From the NCBI GenBank assembly GCA_965215005.1, contig CBDCCZ010000011.1, positions 1 to 64,000 on the forward strand: a stretch of DNA of 64,000 nt, read 5' to 3'. This document shows positions 43,036 to 52,836 of the stretch, one piece after another. Numbering within the stretch: position 1 is the first letter of the stretch; the number at the start of each line of letters is the position of its first letter. The notes beneath the pieces are model-generated. The model made no database searches, had not been told where the DNA came from, and was given only the letters and a program-made list of their open reading frames with translations. The translations under genes were made by a program, and so were the position numbers. Source of the stretch: Kofleriaceae bacterium (GTDB lineage: Bacteria > Myxococcota_A > Polyangia > Haliangiales > Haliangiaceae).

Positions 43036-43767
43036 TCAGCGGCCCGGTGGAAAGTCCACCAACACCTCTGTTGTCTCGGCGGCTGGGTCAAACGCGAGCT
43101 CGAGGAGTTTCTTCGCCACGAATGCCGTCGAGCTGAAGCTGTTTTCGGCTTTCAACTGGCGAAATTGCTCCACGGTAGGAAAACGATCCGCCGGCATCTG
43201 CCGAATCAGCGCCTGCATGTCCGTATCGATCACACCCGGTGCGACAGCGTGCGCGCGGACCACCTCTTCTTCCTCGAGCTGCACCGCCTCCGTCATGCGA
43301 TCGACGGCCGCTTTGCTCGCGCAGTACGCGGACCAGCCCGCGAAGCCGCGTCGAGCCGCGCCCGATGAGACGTTGAGCAACACCCCTTTCGTGCCGCGGC
43401 GCCGGAGGTGCGCGAGATAGGCTTTGGTGCCGTTGAATACGCCTACGACGTTGATGTCCATGCAACGGCGGAACGCCTCGGAGCTGACCCGCCGAAGCAT
43501 GTCGACGGGCTCGAGCACGCCAGCGTTGTTGATCCACGCATCGATCGCACCGAAGCGCTCTTCGGCGGCGATCGCTAGACCTTGCACGGCGGCTTCGTCG
43601 GTGACATCGAGCTGCTCGGCAACGACTCGCTCACCGGGCGGTAACACGGGGGCGCTGCGTGCACACAACACCAGGTTCATTTGGCGCTGGTGGAACTCTT
43701 GCGCGAGCGCAGCACCGAGCCCGCGGCTGGCACCGGTGATGACGACGGTCTTGTTGGCAACGTTCAT
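43036..43767 (-). CDS. Short-chain dehydrogenase/reductase (benzil/sepiapterin reductase-like)
   Basis: TGASRGLG, NNAG, SSGAA, YCASK and PGVIDTDMQ motifs. Confidence 0.92.
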   Translation of the reverse strand: MNVANKTVVITGASRGLGAALAQEFHQRQMNLVLCARSAPVLPPGERVVAEQLDVTDEAAVQGLAIAAEERFGAIDAWINNAGVLEPVDMLRRVSSEAFRRCMDINVVGVFNGTKAYLAHLRRRGTKGVLLNVSSGAARRGFAGWSAYCASKAAVDRMTEAVQLEEEEVVRAHAVAPGVIDTDMQALIRQMPADRFPTVEQFRQLKAENSFSSTAFVAKKLLELAFDPAAETTEVLVDFPPGR

Positions 43768-43893
43768 GGCGTGACCGTACACCAAGCCTCCATGCGCCTT
43801 CGCAGCACCGTGGCGACTGCAGCGTTACCCCGGCGATGGTGCTGCGCGGCCGCGAGCAAAGATGCAACGCGTGCTAACTGGGCCGCGTCGACG

Positions 43894-44661
43894 TTATTCG
43901 TCGCGGTCGACGGAGAAGCCGCTAAACGCCTGTCGTGTCGGCATCAGCTCGATGCTGTTGATGTTGACGTGGGGAGGCCGCGTGAGACACCAGAGCACCG
44001 TGTCCGCCAAGTCTTCTCCGGTGAGGGGCTCGGTGCCGCGATAGGGACTGCGAGCGCGCTCGGCGTCGCCATGAAACCGCACCAACGAGAACTCGGTTTC
44101 CGCCAGGCCTGGCTCGATGTTGGTGACGCGGACGGGGGTGCCGAGAAGGTCAGCGCGCATCGCGAGCGAGAGCTGGCGAACGAAGGCTTTGGTTCCGCAA
44201 TAGACATGGCCACCGGGGTAGGGCCAGTTGCCGGCTACGGAGCCGATGTTGACGACATAGCCGCGGCGTCGGGCGACCATACCCGGCAGCACGGCGCGAG
44301 TGAGGTAGAGAAGACCTTTGACGTTGGTGTCAATCATCCCTTCCCAGTCATCGATATCGGCTTCGTGCACTGGCGCGAGCCCGAGTGCGAGCCCCGCGTT
44401 GTTGATGAGCGCGGTGATGGATTGCCACGAGGGGGGCAACTCTTCGACGGCGGTTGCGACCGCGGCGCGATCGCGCACATCCAGAGGCAGCACGTGAGCG
44501 GGGCCTGGTAACGATGCGGCCAACGCTTCAAGTCGATCTTGGCGGCGGGCGCTGAGAATTACCGCGGCGCCGGCCGCGGAGAGGCGCTTGGCGATGGCTT
44601 CGCCAAATCCCGCGGAGGCGCCGGTGACGAGGACAGTCTCACCTGCGAGGCTCACTTGCAT
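43894..44661 (-). CDS. NADP-dependent 3-hydroxy acid dehydrogenase, YdfG-like SDR
   Basis: TGASAGFG, NNAGLALGL, MIDTNVKG, YCGTKAFV, IEPGLAETEFSLVRF and PPHVNIN motifs. Confidence 0.9.
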   Translation of the reverse strand: MQVSLAGETVLVTGASAGFGEAIAKRLSAAGAAVILSARRQDRLEALAASLPGPAHVLPLDVRDRAAVATAVEELPPSWQSITALINNAGLALGLAPVHEADIDDWEGMIDTNVKGLLYLTRAVLPGMVARRRGYVVNIGSVAGNWPYPGGHVYCGTKAFVRQLSLAMRADLLGTPVRVTNIEPGLAETEFSLVRFHGDAERARSPYRGTEPLTGEDLADTVLWCLTRPPHVNINSIELMPTRQAFSGFSVDRDE

Positions 44662-44726
44662 CGCACGAGGATATCAGGCCCCCATCGCGGATGCGTCTGT
44701 GGCTTGGGGCGCGATATCATCGGCAG

Positions 44727-45602
44727 ATGGCCGAGCCGCGGTGGCACTGGGTTCTGTTAGTGGGAGAGCACGGAGGGCACGGCTGGTTTTCTGGCGCGGC
44801 AGTTCGCGGCACTTCGCTCGGCGATATCATCGAGCGCGCGATCGCGGGGCAACAGCACATCGATGAGCGCGATACCGCCGGTTTTCCGCATCTCGTTCAC
44901 GAGATCACCGGCGTACCGGACGGCCTGATCGAGGTCGAGCGCGACGAGATCTACGTCTCCGATGAAGTGAACATGTGGGAGCTGTCCGAGGATGAGCACG
45001 TATTCGTGTTCCCCCGCGGGGTGGTGTGGTCGGGCGACGACGGCGGATTCGACATCGATGAAATTGCTGAAGGCTGCGTTCTCTGGGAGGGAGAGGACCT
45101 ATTCGGTGTTCAGGCGGTGGTCGATGGTCGCCGCACTACCTCGGTCATGTATCAGCTCATCGAGCGGCTGCCAATCGTGACCTCGGTGGGAGTTCTCTTG
45201 CACAGCCACTTCGATGACGCTGGCGTCACTGAGGCGTGGGTGAGTGGCCGGAACGCCGGCATGGAGGGGGCGATGCGCGTACTGATCGACCATGCGGCAG
45301 ATATCGTCGACAACGGCGGTGTGGAGCTGGCTGTGCAAATCCCCGGCGATGGCGGCTGGAGCACCCTGTCGCTATGCGATCACAAACTGATTCATCTGCA
45401 AACACCGTATCCGGCGCTGCGTGAGCAGGTTGTCGACGATCTCTCGGAGCTGGGAATCGAGCCTTCGACCACCGGGCTTCGTTCGCTGGCCGACGATACC
45501 GACCATCATCATTATCGGCCGGCGGGCTCTCGAGACCGCGCCGGCGTGTGTGAGCTGCTCGCCTCGCTCGGTTGGACCCGGCGCGCGACCCGCCGCGGCT
45601 GA
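44727..45602 (+). CDS. Hypothetical acidic protein
   Basis: Long ORF with coding-like codon use filling the gap. Start trimmed to ATG 44727. No motif recognised. Confidence 0.7.
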   Translation: MAEPRWHWVLLVGEHGGHGWFSGAAVRGTSLGDIIERAIAGQQHIDERDTAGFPHLVHEITGVPDGLIEVERDEIYVSDEVNMWELSEDEHVFVFPRGVVWSGDDGGFDIDEIAEGCVLWEGEDLFGVQAVVDGRRTTSVMYQLIERLPIVTSVGVLLHSHFDDAGVTEAWVSGRNAGMEGAMRVLIDHAADIVDNGGVELAVQIPGDGGWSTLSLCDHKLIHLQTPYPALREQVVDDLSELGIEPSTTGLRSLADDTDHHHYRPAGSRDRAGVCELLASLGWTRRATRRG

Positions 45603-45603
45603 G

Positions 45604-46881
45604 TCACTGGCGGGTTGCGCTGAGCTCGCCGGGAAAGTCGAAGCCGATTACGGAGCCGTACCAGGTGCCGGGCTGAAGCTGGGTCGGGCTCGCGACCTCG
45701 GCAACACCTTGCATCGACAGCACCGAGAGCCGCACCGATGCGCCATCGAGCAGCATCGTGACGCGGTCGAGAAGATCCACTTCAAACGCCGAGCAAGCGG
45801 CCTGCGCCACCGGTGCGAGATCTGTCTGGCAGTTGCAGGTGCGCTGCCACGCGTTGGCAACGCCGCGGGCGATGGCGGGGCAGTCGATGGCCGCATCAAT
45901 GGCTGCTTCGACCGTGGCATAGCCGGTAGACGCTTCGATGATCGTGTTGACGACCCAGCGCACCAAGCCCGAGAGGACGTTTTTCACCCGATGGCGATCG
46001 ATGTAGAGCTGTCCGCACGAGTAGCGAGCGCCGAACTCCTCCGGCTCGATTCGGCCGATTTCGGGAATCTGCTCGGGCACGGCGACAATCGGCTGGCCGT
46101 TGTACTCGAAACTGATCTGGTTCCACACCGACGAGCCGCGGTAGCCAGCGTCGCATGCGGTTCCGGCGAGCGTCACGGTGCTGTCAACGGTCATCGTATC
46201 GAGGACGTCGGAGATGCCGGCCAGAGCAACGACGAGCTGCTGCGCGTATTGCGGAACGTTCTGCTCGATGATGCCTCTGACCAAGACGCCGATCAGCAGC
46301 TCGACCGGCCCCGGGAGGCCGAGATCGATGTCGCCTTGCAAGAAATCGCGAAACAGCTCGGAGATGTCGAGAAAGCCATCTGCGAGCCCGGGAACGCCAG
46401 CGCGTAGATGCAGATTCGAGGTCATCGCCCAGGTGCCTGCGAGCTCGGGCCCAGGCCCCGGATCGGCGCAAACCGTGCCGTCGCGGCTCGGCTGGCATTG
46501 GCCTTCAGCGCAGAGGAAGCCAACGGGGCACTGGTCGGTGGTCTCACAGCTTCCCGGCGGCAGGACGCATACACTGGCGACGCACACCGCCGCGGGATCG
46601 GCGCACTCGATGTTTTCGATCGAGTCGCACATCACCTCGGGATCCTCGGGTGCGACGCACACGCCGCTAACGCACACCGCCGGCGCATCGCAGTTGGCGG
46701 TGACCTCGCAGGCGGTTCCCGAGGCCCCGCCGCCGACACATAACGCCGGATCCGCGGCCGGATCCACTGGATTGCCGCTAGGGTCGCTGCCGTCGACCGG
46801 GTCACCGTCCATCGCGCTAGGGCCGCAGGCGGTAGATAGTAGAAGGAAGGCGAGTCCTAGAAACGCAACGGGTCGAGACAT
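45604..46881 (-). CDS. Cysteine-rich lipoprotein
   Basis: Lipobox STA-C, three Cys-rich modules (C..C...C....C..G.C), then a beta/alpha domain. Confidence 0.8.
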   Translation of the reverse strand: MSRPVAFLGLAFLLLSTACGPSAMDGDPVDGSDPSGNPVDPAADPALCVGGGASGTACEVTANCDAPAVCVSGVCVAPEDPEVMCDSIENIECADPAAVCVASVCVLPPGSCETTDQCPVGFLCAEGQCQPSRDGTVCADPGPGPELAGTWAMTSNLHLRAGVPGLADGFLDISELFRDFLQGDIDLGLPGPVELLIGVLVRGIIEQNVPQYAQQLVVALAGISDVLDTMTVDSTVTLAGTACDAGYRGSSVWNQISFEYNGQPIVAVPEQIPEIGRIEPEEFGARYSCGQLYIDRHRVKNVLSGLVRWVVNTIIEASTGYATVEAAIDAAIDCPAIARGVANAWQRTCNCQTDLAPVAQAACSAFEVDLLDRVTMLLDGASVRLSVLSMQGVAEVASPTQLQPGTWYGSVIGFDFPGELSATRQ

Positions 46882-47097
46882 GCTTGGGCTCAACAGCCAG
46901 ATTTGGGCCAAACCCACAAACGCCGCGATGTGGGGTAGTTAGGTTGCAGGTGGGGCCGAGTGGCTCCAGGAACGTATGGCCCCGTCGGGGTGGGTGCTCC
47001 CGAGCAATGTGGACCAGATGACTCCATTGAGACCTCGTGGTGTTGGCCGATATGATCTGCCAAGGGGAAGTGATCGCTTGGGCGGTCACGTCGCAAC

Positions 47098-50000
47098 TTG
47101 AACCCACGCAATCAACTCCCAGACGACGATCTCGAGCAGCTCACCCGCACCACCGCGCCGGAAGCAAGCGTTGGTGTGGAGGGGGCGACTGCGACCATGG
47201 ATCCGGCGCGTGCGGCGGCCGAGGGTCGTCGTGCGCCGCTGCCGCGGGGGACGGTACTCGGGCGCTACGTGCTTCTCAAGCCAATGGGGGCTGGAGGCAT
47301 GGGCGTGGTCTATGAGGCCTACGATCCCGAGCTCGACCGGCGCATCGCGCTCAAGCTGCTTGCGGTGGATTTGAGCAAAGCGAGCAGTCGCAAGCGCGCG
47401 CAGGATCGCTTGCTGCGTGAGGCACAGGCGCTGGCGCAGCTGTCTCATCCCAACGTCATAGCGGTTCACGATGTTGGCACCATTGCCGGCGACGTCTTCA
47501 TCGCGCTCGAGCTCGTGGCTGGCGGCACGCTTGGCGAATGGCTCACTGCCACGCCGCGAACAGAAGCCGAGATTCTGGCCGCGTTTCTAGCCGCCGGCGA
47601 TGGTCTGGCCGCCGCTCACCGGCAAGGCATCATTCATCGCGATTTCAAACCCGGCAACGTCATTGTTGGCGATGACGGCAGGGTCCGAGTGATCGACTTT
47701 GGCCTGGCTCGCGCGGTCGATGAAGCCGATGAGAGTCATGATGAGGGCGATGAGCACGACGAGCCGCTGGAAGCACTCGCTGCCGATGGTGAGCACACGC
47801 CGCGTGAAGATTGGCTGCATACGCCGCTCACCCGCGTGGGCGCGGTCATGGGCACGCCCAAATATATGTCGCCGGAGCAGCATCTCGGTCGCAGCGCCGA
47901 CGCGCGCTCCGACCAGTTCAGCTTCTGCGTAGCCCTGTACGAAGCGATCAGCAAAGTCGCGCCGTTCACGGGTTCGACCCGCAGCGAGCTGTCGGCGCGG
48001 GTGACCCGTGGTGAGATCGCCACTCCGGCCACGGGCCGCATGCGCTCATGGCTGCGCAAAGTGCTCGTGCGCGGCATGGCGCCGGATCCGGCCGATCGAT
48101 TCGTCGACATGGATGCGCTGCTGGCCGAGTTACGGCGCGATCGAACGCTGTGGCGACGACGGCTGGCGGCGGCGGCTCTGATGAGCGCCATCGGCGGCGT
48201 CGCGGTGGTTGGGTGGATGCGGACCGCTGGTAGCGATGAGCTGTGTAAAGGGGGCCGGCAACGGGTCGCTCAGGTTTGGACCGCCGAGCAGCGCGAAGCA
48301 GTTCGTGCTGCGTTTGCCGTGACGGGGAGCAAGCGGACGAGCGATGTCATGACTCGGCTCGATGGCATCATGAATCAGTTCATCGCCGACTGGAGTGACG
48401 GATATACGCAGGCGTGCGTAGCGACCCGAGTGCGCGGAGAACAGTCCGAGAGTCTCATGGACCGGCGCATGGGCTGCCTCGAACGGCGGCGCGACCAGAT
48501 GACGGCTCTGGTTGGCGTATTCCTCTCGGCAGAGAGCGCAGAGCATGTCGACAAGGCGGTGGAGGCGAGCACTCGGCTTGCTTCGGTCGAGCGATGTGCC
48601 GACGTCGACGTTTTGCTCGCCGCGACGCCTCCGCCTGAGGACCCCGTCGTTCGCGCGCGGAGCGAGGAGCTTTATCGCGACGTCGACCGAGCTGAGGCGC
48701 TCGAGCTTGCTGGTCGGTATAGCGAGGGAGTGGAGGTCGCCGCAGCGGCCCGCCAGCAGGCGGAAACGCTCGATTACGCGCCACTCGATGCGGCGGCGCT
48801 GGTGCGTGAGAGCTCGCTATTGGAGAAGGCTGGAAAGTATCCAGAGTCCTCGGAGGCAGCGCGTAAAGCGGCGCTGGCCGCGGGTACTGCAAAGGACTAT
48901 CTGCTGCTCGCACGGGCATGGGGGCTGCTGATCTGGAACCTGGGATATCGGCAGGCGCAGACCGTCGAAGCCCTGGCCTTGCTTCATCCTGCACAGGTCG
49001 CCGTCCAGCTAGCGGGCTCCGACCCCGAAACCGAAGGGTTCATCCATGAGCGAATCGGCGCGGTGTATCTGCAGACCAGTGAATATGCGCGTGCGGAGGA
49101 GAATTTCGTAAAGGCAGTTTCCCTCTTGGAGTCAGCTTTCGGAAAGACTGACGTGAAGCTCGCGACGAGCGTCAACAATCTCGGCTTGGCGCTCATGCGG
49201 CAGAATCGCTTTCGTGAGGCGACCGCGCAGTTCGAGCGCGCGTTGAAGCTTTGGGAGCAAGCGCTGGGCGTCGGACACCCGAGTACCGCGCCGCCAATCA
49301 ACAACCTTGGTAGAGTGGCCGCCGAGCTTGGGGATCACGCGCGCGCAAGTGACTACTTTATGCGCGCCGCGGCAATCGACAGCGTGACACTCGGCGAGGA
49401 GCATCCAATGTATGCGGCCGCGCTCGCCAACTTTGGGCTCACCGAGCTACAGCTCGGCCGACTCGACTCGGCTCTCGAGCAGCTCACTCGCAGCCAAGAC
49501 ATCATGCAGCGCGCACTCGGCGATGACCACATCTACACGGCCATGACGATGAGCAATCTCGGGATCGCTTACGCGCTACGGAACGACGATGTGAAAGCGG
49601 TCGACGTTTACGGAGCGTCGCTCGAGATCTTTGACCGCAGCAAGTCGCGCGCCAGCGAGCCGGCGCTCGAGCTCCTGGTGAACATGGCGCTGGCCGAGAC
49701 TCGGCTTCGTCGCTGGGACGCGGCACGAGCGCACCTCGAGGAGGCACGAGACGGCGTGGCTACTGCCCTGGGCGAGACTCACGTCAACTACGCATTGGTG
49801 CTCGCGGCGCTCGCGGAGGTCGACCTTGGGGTGAATCAGCCGGCGCGGGCGCTAAAGACCGCGGCGCGGGCGATGGAGCTCGCGGAGCAACAGCCGGACG
49901 CCACGCCGCTTCAGCTGGCAACAATCAAACTATCGCTGGCGCGTGCATCGTGGGCGCGAGGAGAGCGGCAGCGGGCAACCGCTCTGGCTGATTCAGCAGG

Positions 50001-50115
50001 CGCAGCCATCGCCACGGATAGATCGCTCGATGGAAAGCGCCTGCGTGAGCGCATCGATTCTTGGCGACTCCTAACGGTGGCGAGCTCGCGGCGGGCATCC
50101 GCGGCTGCGCGCTGA
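47098..50115 (+). CDS. Membrane Ser/Thr protein kinase with C-terminal TPR repeats
   Basis: GAGGMGVVY, HRDFKPGN, DFGLA and GTPKYMSPE motifs, a TM segment, and NNLG/GxxHP TPR repeats. Confidence 0.95.
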   Translation: MNPRNQLPDDDLEQLTRTTAPEASVGVEGATATMDPARAAAEGRRAPLPRGTVLGRYVLLKPMGAGGMGVVYEAYDPELDRRIALKLLAVDLSKASSRKRAQDRLLREAQALAQLSHPNVIAVHDVGTIAGDVFIALELVAGGTLGEWLTATPRTEAEILAAFLAAGDGLAAAHRQGIIHRDFKPGNVIVGDDGRVRVIDFGLARAVDEADESHDEGDEHDEPLEALAADGEHTPREDWLHTPLTRVGAVMGTPKYMSPEQHLGRSADARSDQFSFCVALYEAISKVAPFTGSTRSELSARVTRGEIATPATGRMRSWLRKVLVRGMAPDPADRFVDMDALLAELRRDRTLWRRRLAAAALMSAIGGVAVVGWMRTAGSDELCKGGRQRVAQVWTAEQREAVRAAFAVTGSKRTSDVMTRLDGIMNQFIADWSDGYTQACVATRVRGEQSESLMDRRMGCLERRRDQMTALVGVFLSAESAEHVDKAVEASTRLASVERCADVDVLLAATPPPEDPVVRARSEELYRDVDRAEALELAGRYSEGVEVAAAARQQAETLDYAPLDAAALVRESSLLEKAGKYPESSEAARKAALAAGTAKDYLLLARAWGLLIWNLGYRQAQTVEALALLHPAQVAVQLAGSDPETEGFIHERIGAVYLQTSEYARAEENFVKAVSLLESAFGKTDVKLATSVNNLGLALMRQNRFREATAQFERALKLWEQALGVGHPSTAPPINNLGRVAAELGDHARASDYFMRAAAIDSVTLGEEHPMYAAALANFGLTELQLGRLDSALEQLTRSQDIMQRALGDDHIYTAMTMSNLGIAYALRNDDVKAVDVYGASLEIFDRSKSRASEPALELLVNMALAETRLRRWDAARAHLEEARDGVATALGETHVNYALVLAALAEVDLGVNQPARALKTAARAMELAEQQPDATPLQLATIKLSLARASWARGERQRATALADSAGAAIATDRSLDGKRLRERIDSWRLLTVASSRRASAAAR

Positions 50116-50136
50116 AGCAGGCAACCGAGACCCGCT

Positions 50137-50694
50137 TTAAATCGCCGCCGGGGCGTTGCGGGTATCGCACGCGAAGAATAATACGAGCGTGGCACCACGG
50201 CGCCGCTGGAGCATCGCCGGGCCGAGGAATAGCCCATCGGCGACTTCGCGTAACTCATCGCGAATGCCGCGGATGAAGCGAGGGTTCCGAGGATCGTCGT
50301 AATCGAGCAAAATGCACGGACGAGCATCGAGCACCGAAGGCTCGATGCGAGTGGCGAATGGAAACCATTGGTGCTGGCCCATGAGGCGCACGCGATTGAT
50401 TCCAGATCCGGCGGCCTCGTCACTTGCGTCGAAGCGTTTGCCCGCCCACGGAAACCAAGAGGTGGTCACGACGCGACGTAGGAACGCGGCAGCTCTTCCT
50501 GAGCCGGTGGCGCGAATCGCGAGCACTCGGCAGCGCGGGCTACCATCGAGCGCGTGCAAGCTCGTCGGCACTCCGCCGCTTGTGTAGAGCGCGCGCAGCT
50601 CATCTAGCGTGCGAGTTGAGAGCTCTTCCAGCGTGAGCTCCCTTGCGGGCGCAGCGGCAACATCGTAAGCACGAACAGCAGTCTCGAGGTTCAT
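50137..50694 (-). CDS. Conserved-looking hypothetical protein
   Basis: WAGKRF, GINRV, LDYDDPRNP and IRDELREV..GLFLG motifs look like a conserved family. AAGGA RBS before ATG 50694 (alternative start 50724). Confidence 0.7.
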   Translation of the reverse strand: MNLETAVRAYDVAAAPARELTLEELSTRTLDELRALYTSGGVPTSLHALDGSPRCRVLAIRATGSGRAAAFLRRVVTTSWFPWAGKRFDASDEAAGSGINRVRLMGQHQWFPFATRIEPSVLDARPCILLDYDDPRNPRFIRGIRDELREVADGLFLGPAMLQRRRGATLVLFFACDTRNAPAAI

Positions 50695-50736
50695 CGGTTG
50701 GTTCCTTTGCGGGAGATGGCTCATCGGGTAGGGGCG

Positions 50737-51318
50737 TTAGGCGGTAATAGCGTTCCAGCACGCCTCTTCGGCCGCCGTAACGGTTGCGGCATCGAGCGTG
50801 AGGTAACCGAGTCGACTTGCCTTTACGAGTCCGACAAATGCGCCCCACACCAATGCCAGCGTCGTCTCGACGGCCAACGGCTGCGGCATGCCGCGCTCAT
50901 GGGCGCTGCGGAGCACGTCGATCAGGCGCAGCAGCGAGCGCAGCTCGAGAGCTCGACTTTCTGCGTCTAGATAGCTGGCGTGGTGATGGAGCTCGAGGAA
51001 ATCGAACGAGAAAGGTGCGTCTTGGGCATGCTCGGCGAGAGCGGTCCATAGGCAGCGGAACTGGATGCGGGGCGCATCCGAGGGACGAATGCCAGCGAGC
51101 AATCGGTCGATGAGCGCGGTTTTACAGCTCCGGTATAGGTGATTTACCAGCTCGTCTTTGCTGGCGAAGTGCCTATAGACGGTACCGGAGGCGACGCCGG
51201 CGCCGCGGGCAATGTCAGGAACCGCGGTGCCGTGGAAGCCGCGCTCGGCGAACAGCGTCAGCGCAGCCGCCAGGAGCGCGCTCCTCGTGTCCTTCGGCGG
51301 AGCAGAGTGAACGTTCAT
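50737..51318 (-). CDS. TetR/AcrR family regulator
   Basis: LFAERGFHGTAVPDIARGAGVASGTVYRHFASKDEL HTH. Confidence 0.93.
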   Translation of the reverse strand: MNVHSAPPKDTRSALLAAALTLFAERGFHGTAVPDIARGAGVASGTVYRHFASKDELVNHLYRSCKTALIDRLLAGIRPSDAPRIQFRCLWTALAEHAQDAPFSFDFLELHHHASYLDAESRALELRSLLRLIDVLRSAHERGMPQPLAVETTLALVWGAFVGLVKASRLGYLTLDAATVTAAEEACWNAITA

Positions 51319-51377
51319 TCACTGGTTGATACCCCTCGGGCCGAGAGGAATCAAGAGAAATGTGAATGTTCGTTCGC
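51306..51377. promoter_or_regulatory. Two candidate TetR operators
   Basis: AGTGAAcgttcaTTCACT (51306-51323, overlapping the ATG) and the related GTGAATGTTCGTTCGC (51362-51377). Confidence 0.6.
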
Positions 51378-51394
51378 GGGAGTGCTTTTGCCGG

Positions 51395-51874
51395 TTAGCG
51401 CCAGGCGGTGGTAGCGATGGGCTCTTGGAGCGGCCCATCGAAGGTGAGCTTATTGCCCGCTGCGGGAAGTCGCGACGGCGCGATGGCCAACTCACCGTCG
51501 CGAGTCGTGACCCTCAGGTCGCGCCACTCGCAGAAGCCAACAGCCTCACCGTCGACCGCGTAGGGCTCGTACTGCCATTGCATCACTTCGCCGACGACCG
51601 CCTCGTCAACCGCCGCTTCTCCGGTGCGGTTGGTCATCACCACGCTGAACGGCTGCCCATCTGGCGTTGCGCAGACGTGAACGACAACCTCTTCGTCGAG
51701 CTCCCGCTGCGAGTCGAGCTCTACGGCAACGGCGTCGTCGCCGCGGGCTAGCTCCGCATCGGCCACCTCGGGAAGCTCGACTCCGAGCTCTACGCGTGGC
51801 GTAGAATCTTGCGCCGCCGCGCCACTACAAGCCGCTGCCGGAAGAACCATCGTCCATAGCCATGATCGTTTCAT
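51395..51874 (-). CDS. TonB C-terminal-like domain protein, probable lipoprotein
   Basis: VVVHVCATPDG...TG..AVDEAVV..VMQWQYEP..VDG.AV resembles TonB_C. N-terminus has AAA-C and an AGGAG RBS. Confidence 0.6.
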   Translation of the reverse strand: MKRSWLWTMVLPAAACSGAAAQDSTPRVELGVELPEVADAELARGDDAVAVELDSQRELDEEVVVHVCATPDGQPFSVVMTNRTGEAAVDEAVVGEVMQWQYEPYAVDGEAVGFCEWRDLRVTTRDGELAIAPSRLPAAGNKLTFDGPLQEPIATTAWR

Positions 51875-51899
51875 CGTCGTGTCTCCTACGCCGATACTT

Positions 51900-51915
51900 T
51901 GCAGACGACGTGCCG
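51900..51915 (-). promoter_or_regulatory. sigma54-type promoter
   Basis: Minus strand CGGCACGTCGTCTGCA is GG-N10-GC, 26 nt upstream of ATG 51874. Confidence 0.45.
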
Positions 51916-51930
51916 AGTCAGCGGCAGCGA

Positions 51931-51974
51931 GAAGTGCGTCTACACGCCGAAAGAAGTACGTCTACACGCCGAAA
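51931..51974. repeat. 22-bp direct tandem repeat x2
   Basis: GAAGTGCGTCTACACGCCGAAA followed by GAAGTACGTCTACACGCCGAAA (1 mismatch). Confidence 0.9.
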
Positions 51975-52064
51975 CCACAACGCGCGCTGTGAACCATTGC
52001 TCCAGCGCGCGTGCACCACCTGTGGCGGCGAGTCGTAGTCGCACGAATGCGGCTCGATAAGACG

Positions 52065-52787
52065 TCAGCTCTTTACGAGAAACGGAATGTCGATGTTGCC
52101 AAAGACCTCGTCGGTGCGTGCGTCGACCAGCTGGGCGCGAAACTGCACCTCATCGATGTCCGCCGGTATCTTCTCGAAATACAAATAACCTTCTACAGTC
52201 CCACCCGCGTCGAGCACACCCTCAGGTAGGGCCTTGCGTACCATCTCGCGCGTCGGCATCGGCACCTGCAACGTTCCCCAGTAGGGATAGTATCTCTCGT
52301 AGTACCCGCCGTTGTAAGGGTAGCGGGCGTCGAGTGCGCTGTAGGCGGGAACCGAGGGATAGGTGGTGGCGTAGTAAGGACTCACCCAGAAGCCCTGGTG
52401 GAAAAAATCGGGCTCGACCACCCCGTCGGCATAGCTCGCAACAGGGGTGTCGACATCGCCATCGATGGCGTATAGAGGCAGTGCAGCAAACGAGTTACCG
52501 CCGCGATCGTGCAGGTGAAAGCGGCTGTAGTCGAGTCTCACTGGCTTGTCGCTCCGATTGGTGATTTTCACCTTCATCGGCGTGACGTGATCCCGAATAT
52601 CGGAGTTGCCTTCCCACGCGGAGGTCGTCGCGACAACTTGAACGTCCTTGGCACTACTAACAACCTTATCGTCGTCAACCGTGTTGGCAGCTGGTGCTGG
52701 CTCTAGGGTCGCTTGTCGGGAGCCGCATCCGAGTGCGAGTGACGTCGTCGCGGCCGCCATCATCGTCCAGTGTAGTGGTTTCAGCAC
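52065..52787 (-). CDS. Lipoprotein of unknown function with Tyr/Pro-rich insert
   Basis: Lipobox ALG-C, Ig-like strands (VKITNRSDKPVRL...GTVEGYLYFEK), and a central Y/P-rich segment. Start is GTG 52787 or 52793. Confidence 0.75.
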   Translation of the reverse strand: MLKPLHWTMMAAATTSLALGCGSRQATLEPAPAANTVDDDKVVSSAKDVQVVATTSAWEGNSDIRDHVTPMKVKITNRSDKPVRLDYSRFHLHDRGGNSFAALPLYAIDGDVDTPVASYADGVVEPDFFHQGFWVSPYYATTYPSVPAYSALDARYPYNGGYYERYYPYWGTLQVPMPTREMVRKALPEGVLDAGGTVEGYLYFEKIPADIDEVQFRAQLVDARTDEVFGNIDIPFLVKS

Positions 52788-52836
52788 AGTCACCTGCTCC
52801 CTTCCAGTTCCTTGATTGCATACCGCTAAACGCTCA

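Noticed and set aside
51931..51974. Possible mini-CRISPR
   Set aside because: There are only two directly adjacent copies, no spacer, and no cas genes in the window.
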